Program-made: the position numbers and the translations under genes
In this document: positions 60,401 to 64,000 of the stretch, in pieces
How positions within the stretch are numbered: position 1 is the first letter of the stretch
How the letters are laid out: every line of letters starts with the position of its first letter
Notes under the pieces: generated by a model
The model's input: the letters and a program-made list of their open reading frames with translations, nothing else
What the model was told of the DNA's origin: nothing
Database searches by the model: none
NCBI GenBank assembly: GCA_044892525.1
Contig: CM097886.1
Span: forward strand, 76,570,001 to 76,634,000
DNA length: 64,000 nucleotides
Source of the DNA: Schmidtea polychroa
Lineage: Eukaryota
Direction: 5' to 3'

Positions 60401-63400
60401 GATCTGGATAGCATTGTTTTTCACAAATTTTGACTGCTCATTCTCAATGTAACTTAGACGTATTAATTTAGGTGTCCCAGAAGCGATATTTTCTGATGTT
60501 GTTGGTCGTTGATAGCAGGCGCTCCTTGGATCTGGTTTCAATGTTTCTTTATGCATGTTAAGGCTATCTTTCAATGGTTCGATTGCTATCGTCACTTTTC
60601 TGCTAAACGGCCATGGTACCTTGTCGTCATAATTTCCTTTGCAGATGACGAAGAATGCCGACACATAATTTCCTTTACCTATCCCGTCTCCGTTCGGGTA
60701 TATTCGCAATTTCATCTTGTACTCACCTAATCCTGAGTAGAACGGTGGACTTACTAATCGTGTGATTTTCTCTTCCTTTGCTGATTTTATCTTTTCCATC
60801 CAATTCTCAATTTTCCACGTGAATGGTGCTAACCTTACTGGTTCTCGTATCTCCTCATCTTCTCCTGATGGTAATTCATTTTGGAATTCTTGTGGTAATA
60901 TATCCTGGTAAGTATCGATCGGTTTCTCTCTTACCCATACTGCTGCGATCTCTTCGGGTATATTATCTATCCAATTTGGTTCCAACTTTTGCTGCTCCCA
61001 ATCCCATCGAGCTTCACTTTCGATCCACACTTTTTTCCATGGTATCAGTTTGCAATCTTCGTCATTGAAGGCTGCTAGTTTTAGTTTATCATCCTTTAGC
61101 CAATGGTTATAAATATCTATTATTCGATCCATCTTTGCCCTCATTCCCCATTGGAATCTTTTAATTTGTTGCTCGGTTTTCGTGGCGTTTTTGTGCCCAC
61201 CAGATGGTTCATCCATCGCGATTATATTGATGACGGCTCCATCTTCCCAGATTCCTAGTTCGTAAATTACAGTTCGGTCTCCTCTTTCTAGCATGTGCCG
61301 GTTGTACATTATTATCACATCTTCGATCATTCCATCCTCACTATTTTCTCGAGCTTTTTGGATGATCTCTTGATCTATGATTTGCACTAACTCGTCAACT
61401 TGGCAATCGGGATTAACTTCTATTATTTGTTTCTCTTCATTTGGCAACTTCACCTTTATTTTTATCGTTTCATGCTCGCATTTGGTTCTCTCGTATTCTC
61501 CGTATTTAGATATCAATTCTGTCGCTCGTTTGTCTTCGAATCTCATAATTTCCGTGTCTCGTACGTCTTTAACAAATTGTTTCATTAGTTGTGGCCATCT
61601 TTCTCTCAATCTATTAATGTATTTCCTTGTCTGATCGATAGCTTGTTTGACTAAAATTATTTGGTTTTCTTTCATTATTTTTCGTTCGATCTTTTCCAAT
61701 TCTGGTTCTACTTCATTGTTAAACACTTGTTGGATTTTCTTGAACATCTCTGCTACCGAGTCGTCATCCCTGGTTTTCTCTAAGGTTAAGATGTTAGTTT
61801 CGTTTGGCCATATCATCGCATCTACCAAATGTATGCCTATTTTAACTTTGTAACCATCGACATATAATTGTTTATTTTTATGGCTCGTTCCCATTTTTTC
61901 CTGTACCCAGTTGTACAGTTCATCGGTATTTGTTCCTTTTAATTCGATAGTCTGTATCTGAATCTCGGGGTGTTGAATGCTTACTTGATATTGATCTGGG
62001 CCTGCTTCCTTTAGTTTCTCTTTATATTTTGTTGCTAAATCTTTCCATGCTGCCGTTATTATACCTCCTTCACACTGGTATACTTGAGTTATAAATTTTA
62101 AGCATTTTCTGTATGTTAACTCGTTGATGTAGCTCTCATTTCGCTCTATTTCTGTTACTGTGTCGAGAATTTCCTCGAATATCTCTTCTTCATCTTTTTC
62201 TATCATTGATTTCATGTCATCATTTTCACTCTCCTCACTACTTTGAGGTGTTTCACTGTTTGGAGGTGTTTTTGGTTCGTTATTTTCCTCACTTGACTGA
62301 AATAATTCGCCTCCCAGGCTACTCACCTCACTTTTCTCATCTTCCTGATCCGTCTGATCGCTCCGCATTTGTCTCAGCATGTTTATTTTAGCTTTGGTAT
62401 GTGGTTCCTTCTTTTCAAACCACTCATTTTTCCTGAACCAATGCTCTTTCACTTTTTCTTTTATTTGTTCCTCAGTTAATGTAGGATTTTCGTTTTTGAT
62501 TCTGTCCTCGATTTTTTGTAGTAGTACCCTCTGAATTCGATTTTTTGTAACTATCTCATTGCTTTTTGGTTCGTCTTTACTCTCATCTCTCTTTTGTCTC
62601 CTTTCTTTCTCCTCTTTGGTAAATTCTTTAATCAATTGTATTTTCTCTTCACTGCTCAATTCTGTTCGTGGATCGATCTCATTTTCTTTTGTCGTTTTTA
62701 TCTCCTTGTTTATTATCGGTTCACTCCCGTCGTTGTTAACACACTGCTCCGCAGTGTGCGATTCCTCTTTATTTGTTAATCTCATCATATTTATTCTTCC
62801 GGGATTCGCTTCCCGTTGTTTCCATCTTTCTTGAATTTCTCTGGCTTCCTCGTTTTGTAATCTTTGCCATTCGACTCGTTGCTGATCTTGTTGTTGCTTA
62901 CTTGGTTGGTTCCGGATTTCCTCGGTGCTCTGCATCATGTTGATTCGTTGTTGTTGGTTATTAGTCGGTATTCGCAGGATCATATCTTTTAATTGTTCGA
63001 TTTCCTGCATGAGGTTGATTTGTGTGTTCTGAACTGGATTGTTTGATCCTGGTTGATTTGGTTTGGTTCTCATCGTGCATTCTCTTGCCATGTGTCCAGG
63101 CTGATTACAATTGTAGCAGGTTCTGGTTCCTCCTCTGCTCATAGACATCATGGGTCCTCTGCAGACATTTTCCGTGTGGCCTCTTCTCCCACACTTTTGA
63201 CACATCCTTGCTTTATAACATTCATTGCTCCAATGCCCTGGTCGTTGGCATATGTTGCACGTTCGATTGTTGATGTCGTTGTTCCTGAAATTATTAGTAA
63301 AATTTTGAATATTACCTCCATTGTTTTGGTTTCTTGTTTGTGGAGTTTTGAACAACTGTTGCGATCCTGGGATGAATTGATTCATTACTGGATTTGCATT

Positions 63401-64000
63401 ATTGACTTGGTTGTTTGTGGTTGTTGCTGTTGCCGCTGGAGCTGCTGGAGCTGCTGTCATTGCTGCTACTTGTATTGGTGTTAAGTAGGTTTCACATTTG
63501 TTAGCGATTTTTAGTGCTTCTTCCAGCGTCTCTGGTGCTCGGCATCCCAAAGTTGCTCGTATATCCTCCCGTTTCATGCCATCTACGAATACGGCTATTA
63601 TTTTGTCTTCCGGAACTGGTTGATTTGAATCGAAGGCTTCTCGTGCTAGTCGTCTCAATTCGCATGCGTACAGTGCGTTGGATTCGTTATATTTCTGCTT
63701 TCGATGCAGAAAGTCTAACATTTTTCGATTTCCCTCTTTTTCGGTACCGAATGTTTTTATTAAAAATTCCTTGATCTCTTTCCACGTTCTCAACTTAGTT
63801 GCATCACATTTCGCCTCCAAGTATACATCTTGGGCGCTTCCCTTTAGATATAGGGGTATTCGTTCTCGTACGACTATGTCTGGCCAGTGACATATCGTAA
63901 TGTATACTTCGAATTCCTTTATAAACGTTTCCAGCTGGTTTATATTTCCATCGAATGGCTCTCCTCGAAATTTCTCTCTGAATTCTCCAATGTTGACGTG
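51347..64000 (-). CDS. Giant Gag-Env-Pol polyprotein (>4217 aa, 5' end beyond the window)
   Basis: The 4157-aa ORF stays open for 60 more codons to the window end (HVNIGEFREKFRGEPFDGNINQLETFIKEFE...IPLYLKGSAQDVY, capsid-like). Confidence 0.97.
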   Translation of the reverse strand, partial: HVNIGEFREKFRGEPFDGNINQLETFIKEFEVYITICHWPDIVVRERIPLYLKGSAQDVYLEAKCDATKLRTWKEIKEFLIKTFGTEKEGNRKMLDFLHRKQKYNESNALYACELRRLAREAFDSNQPVPEDKIIAVFVDGMKREDIRATLGCRAPETLEEALKIANKCETYLTPIQVAAMTAAPAAPAATATTTNNQVNNANPVMNQFIPGSQQLFKTPQTRNQNNGGNIQNFTNNFRNNDINNRTCNICQRPGHWSNECYKARMCQKCGRRGHTENVCRGPMMSMSRGGTRTCYNCNQPGHMARECTMRTKPNQPGSNNPVQNTQINLMQEIEQLKDMILRIPTNNQQQRINMMQSTEEIRNQPSKQQQDQQRVEWQRLQNEEAREIQERWKQREANPGRINMMRLTNKEESHTAEQCVNNDGSEPIINKEIKTTKENEIDPRTELSSEEKIQLIKEFTKEEKERRQKRDESKDEPKSNEIVTKNRIQRVLLQKIEDRIKNENPTLTEEQIKEKVKEHWFRKNEWFEKKEPHTKAKINMLRQMRSDQTDQEDEKSEVSSLGGELFQSSEENNEPKTPPNSETPQSSEESENDDMKSMIEKDEEEIFEEILDTVTEIERNESYINELTYRKCLKFITQVYQCEGGIITAAWKDLATKYKEKLKEAGPDQYQVSIQHPEIQIQTIELKGTNTDELYNWVQEKMGTSHKNKQLYVDGYKVKIGIHLVDAMIWPNETNILTLEKTRDDDSVAEMFKKIQQVFNNEVEPELEKIERKIMKENQIILVKQAIDQTRKYINRLRERWPQLMKQFVKDVRDTEIMRFEDKRATELISKYGEYERTKCEHETIKIKVKLPNEEKQIIEVNPDCQVDELVQIIDQEIIQKARENSEDGMIEDVIIMYNRHMLERGDRTVIYELGIWEDGAVINIIAMDEPSGGHKNATKTEQQIKRFQWGMRAKMDRIIDIYNHWLKDDKLKLAAFNDEDCKLIPWKKVWIESEARWDWEQQKLEPNWIDNIPEEIAAVWVREKPIDTYQDILPQEFQNELPSGEDEEIREPVRLAPFTWKIENWMEKIKSAKEEKITRLVSPPFYSGLGEYKMKLRIYPNGDGIGKGNYVSAFFVICKGNYDDKVPWPFSRKVTIAIEPLKDSLNMHKETLKPDPRSACYQRPTTSENIASGTPKLIRLSYIENEQSKFVKNNAIQIRVEVETEQEMNQRLNIPENQPRICMMRRRVSDSGHLPIDADADEEEAATLLEAQKCKELMEILQNGAKNRRRAVVELAKWIAESCKRIQNLRKIVKAIEEYRRVYVWYPEQFGEIIRKWKQQEWAENSPEKYQLKIFMPDFEPMEKEFYTTAKVREVKKRIPYELPFHLQHEGRSLDDDIEIGVTPLQGEIVNRLTVSKIAGRELRRREIKQKSSTQQPGSLDTPEVPNAVSEVTIETTGEDEILDELQEIVEAGEIMRASQSGDLFIDEGELTTDDLDGFVCAQRQPVETTEAETDLDNVERDANKDVTTTDEWSNWRVDPGATTSKDTTYNPPKRKETGTAMDRRTRGRPKTDKAEIEPKSKVQAQMEQVKTKMDKLSALVKQVKVKTSVREQGTRWINDLLANMLALANPEVKRVMRKDNIPTEAKQLWAVLKPIIMKIMDNKIRLTLKDPVELRLIVEHLLSRSEDQNRFLVGLAYLVYNVIGQYKKRMPKYNATGYEFTVTEIIKRSIEPYILEQGGWRSFIESTGKKDQTEMMQAKLRDLLTEFEGTININDPRASRKGMNAIITTILIWMMCIKGTESFAVYDCDNIKIHEKYSLKDTEDCKAANPRKLQTVMASVSYNVYQEADFIKTMVQECTVTRKIFAHHCGSSSHSTIIEPGLESTVILLSREECEEGFRSGRIHLRQGIEIAAEPGKIKTTRVYTAGRITKGDGTCETGTYTLNGQLVSGVVVIESYEAKLERYQGYFDPDTQAMKKYPSCLASDRSCSTGMSTLVYHADQKVCRLMLLKTAIFEEIQGKVYSEPKGEAEKRAMEELRARKGFREDVITSKLESEVTPTAIISKDDGIGMRFIKNKMVSKCDEMVISTNYKGIYLSRRTLANAVGRLSEKDVKLYLYANNKMDFLYHRGLTSTEKVYHDLLRNDCLLNKEILRTKLAMAITNPDNAIPLLPLQEGYFGRIVGEVMYTYQCKKIMARLPENPTIPRDKCANELEIIHEGKPRFVQAVTRVMNPVGFQPNLFNCSNAYGPMYEKEDGQWVQFPSKTIVVTPKKFGLTELTTELEFKPIDVSQSGLYTPKDLESARAHLLFPAQRQAILSNIVTISGGNNYGESPNYELLLSPSHYQQATANMMKAMWGRFLVFGQMMAGILGIILIIQIVRVILTQMLACFDIYKRERKVNWKLAIGFLPFLAKTMVLHGHSKDIHRIKRLLKILTQMKGTDEEVGRKFKVIMRLEAERTQEKAKRTGKWKKWMNLRRDDDSDDNDDFDDDDNNQGGVMLINKNTDTWENEKRKPWGSPYLQAPTNGPMRRPGTMRERIRMGTGRLPVPNIYPTAYEPNWAAMDPTMIKPVKNVGQEVETRTIAVLQTPAGPSLTITVEVNGIEMDAMIDTGANISAINMNMLPGRLWPCIEETTMDVITCSKQSIAVVGRVWSTIEYKGVKVTTYLAVIRQLSVSCIIGTDVMPELLKEIVIDLSSMKLKDKTGQICTMRTEVRCSEKMIIPARTQTICYVKVDNEAKGDMIFEPSQKFEKRRELPLAREIVSINEDNEIPINITNFDEEDKVIYENERLGKLTPMMNIELPEIKSEGADEKELWTIDSELLNEDEKEQLRQLLIEFKDIFAASDLDLGTSDVTQHIIPLTDETPITLRPYRLAEAQKTVAEEEVQKMLDAGVIEPSCSPWQFPVVMVKKKDGTQRFCIDYRRLNAVTKRDTYPLPDINEMLQMLHGAAYFTSLDLKSGYWQIKVKEEDREKTAFTIGKDLYQFKKMPFGLTNAPASFQRCMNFVTHGIKQCMVYIDDLLIYSGTFEQHLIDIRNVFIRLKQWKLKLKPSKCDWAKERVTFLGHIVSAKGKEPDPRNVEKIKNCPIPKTVTQVQEFLGLCGYYRKFIKNYATIAKPIQELTKKDTPFLWEREQQIAFESLRDKLIASPILIHPDFKKPFLLATDASGYASGAVLGQWDEEKRERVIGYYSKTFKKHEKNYSVTEREALAIIQAIKHFKYLLWGHEIIITTDHQPLVWLGQHKEASSRLMRWAMQLQEYSPYIKFKSGKANANADCMSRFVFEELMDHDVRRICLIIAEDIDFTNLKNEQKEDNELKLIIEFLEKNDMKIFNNDDRLKEHMEKNRHRYTIEKGWLLVMDGDKRLMCLPESRRKEIMIQYHDGKLGGHMSAKKTEARLKQKYYWPNMSDDVKEWIKNCLICATRKTTGSKLKPPLKPMPIPPEPMTMIAMDVVGPLPETNSGNVYILVITDYLTKFPEAFAMPDQKARTVARILVEEICCRYGTPKQILTDQGTNFMSEIINEVTNYFRIAKLRTSPYHPQTNGQTERFNGILIDMMSNYVSKHQKDWDEYIKLCLMAYRMSIHSATKMSPFKLMYGRECNMPMDLEYQPPISQYMEIDDYVTKFKERMQEIWKTAGMNIRFNQESYKELHDKKKNVQNHQFKIGDWVIIETPELIPGTAKKLQRNGRGPYEIIYVNENNARVKLVNNPLIRPIYVNTCRCKAVAKTATKDPETRRIITRSQTNATTEPEVSGRLTRSQTRRIFMLRGETSSSAHKGTEAESEADAMARSQATWNMTIKIAREIVPEWADITNKYQVLGKLMLVAERYAKGRRYAEGLQIPTQIYELIRRLPIMFLTSDLSNNWPIHHAVKAGQEKRALEIIRIMENCKQSTNVKNSKGKTPLMKAIAIGASRDVLRELLRTGSTLKEKDNKQRTVLRYAVRSKRPSIVNFITGNATTEEAEVLGQSIEPILEAIRGNLDRTAAILIKWKQNELRAEVIDINQFQNNENIVLRSAIYSRPPMPKTIKAILQRNRTELTGNWWECTKTHAMKKQLEILVWEWHRKQRKYQGTKEERESIHNDKKEIIKKYEEMIKAANVEDDIFRKTPGERNDDDDDDERMGDNDNNPEENDREQNPEGGETTSDDEELEEDEEDQCRGEDQGFDKTENKKRKSPLHSIVCRNQIQPILLQRIFIILTSICLTETKNMGIVREASQEGEVFMIKVRITTEMPSEYVCN
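52090..52480 (-). other. Ankyrin repeats (polyprotein domain after integrase)
   Basis: WPIHHAVKAG, NSKGKTPLMKAI, KDNKQRTVLRYAV, EPILEAI. Confidence 0.85.
52900..53930 (-). other. pol: Integrase domain
   Basis: HHCC (H.GKLGGH...CLIC), IAMDVVGPLP, LTDQGTNF, YHPQTNGQTERFN. Confidence 0.97.
54220..55480 (-). other. pol: Reverse transcriptase and RNase H domains
   Basis: RFCIDYRRLN, LDLKSGYWQ, MPFGLTNAPASFQR, YIDD (55001-55012); RNase H TDASG, EREALAI, TDHQPL, NANADCMSR. Confidence 0.98.
55950..56300 (-). other. pol: Aspartic protease domain
   Basis: AMIDTGANIS (Asp at 56228-56230), CIIGTDVM. Confidence 0.95.
56780..58705 (-). other. env: Envelope glycoprotein, chuvirus/Monjiviricetes class III fusion-like, in frame between Gag and PR
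   Basis: Signal MNAIITTILIWMMCIKGTES, then FAVYDC..YSL.D..C, HCGSSSH, C.LNKEIL..KLAMA..NPD, GEVMYTYQC, TRVM..C..GPMY..W, SGLY..DL..LLFP; TM at ~56890-56990. Confidence 0.85.
58814..59225 (-). other. Bcl-2-like domain in the polyprotein
   Basis: BH2-like IEPYILEQGGWRSFIES (58814-58864), BH1-like HLLSRSEDQNRFLVGLAYL, upstream amphipathic helices. Confidence 0.65.
59795..60007 (-). other. Ubiquitin-like domain 3
   Basis: YQLKIF...KVREVKKRI..FHLQHEGRSLDDD. Confidence 0.5.
60385..60826 (-). other. TRAF-type MATH domain in the polyprotein
   Basis: FTWKIENW, SPPFYS..GEYKMKLRIYPNGDG..GNYVSAFFVICKGNYDDKVPWPF. Confidence 0.93.
61220..61468 (-). other. Ubiquitin-like domain 2
   Basis: IKIKVKLPNEEKQIIEVNPDCQVDELVQ...IMYNRHMLE..RTVIYELGIWEDGAVINII. 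Confidence 0.65.
61781..61990 (-). other. Ubiquitin-like domain 1
   Basis: QEKMGTSHKNKQLYVDGYKVKIGIHLVDAMIWPNETNILTL parallels ubiquitin [39 protein letters not shown]. Confidence 0.55.
63075..64000 (-). other. gag: Gag capsid and three CX2CX4HX4C zinc knuckles
   Basis: LHRKQKYNES...Y...LRRLA capsid motif; CNICQRPGHWSNEC, CQKCGRRGHTENVC, CYNCNQPGHMAREC. Confidence 0.95.

Larger units (their letters stand above)
37433..64000 (-). mobile_element. Giant Ty3/Gypsy-type LTR retroelement (endogenous errantivirus-like, Burro-like), truncated by the window
   Basis: PR-RT-RH-IN order in a >12.6-kb ORF plus a same-strand accessory gene array; distal end tentatively at TGTAAC (37433); inner LTR boundary and PPT not identified. 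Confidence 0.9.

Noticed and set aside
43057-63890. Many plus-strand ORFs (e.g. 48265-49167, 59424-59915)
   Set aside because: Antisense shadows of A-rich minus-strand genes; hydrophobic Ser/Leu/Phe-rich with no motifs

Overview
AT-rich eukaryotic (invertebrate) scaffold with two N-gaps. A flatworm/planarian host is plausible from the base composition, a 52-nt intron and the TRAF/IAP cargo, but this is inference. Bases 1-37.4k are a transposon graveyard: three hAT remnants, two hAT MITEs with perfect 8-bp TSDs, two piggyBac remnants, two MULEs (one nested in a hAT), tRNA-derived heads, a CWC22 pseudogene fragment and BIR-like gene fragments. Bases ~37.4k-64k hold one giant, apparently intact, minus-strand Ty3/Gypsy-type retroelement that runs off the window end. 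Its single stop-free ORF (>4217 aa) reads Gag (3 CCHC) - three ubiquitin-like domains - MATH - Bcl-2-like domain - chuvirus-like envelope glycoprotein - protease - RT - RNase H - integrase - ankyrin repeats. Downstream lies a same-strand array of accessory genes: two type I membrane proteins, a full TRAF, an IAP, coiled-coil proteins and an AT-hook protein. Nearly every accessory ATG lies 0-3 nt after a splice-acceptor AG, and six consecutive spacers each carry UGUANAUA, most with a poly(A) signal. It looks like a complex, enveloped, virus-like retroelement with an anti-apoptotic/NF-kB-modulating toolkit and operon-like expression. Giant 'Burro' Gypsy elements were reported from Schmidtea mediterranea (recalled, not checked), and this element may belong to that class. 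All domain calls are by-eye motif recognition; no searches were run.
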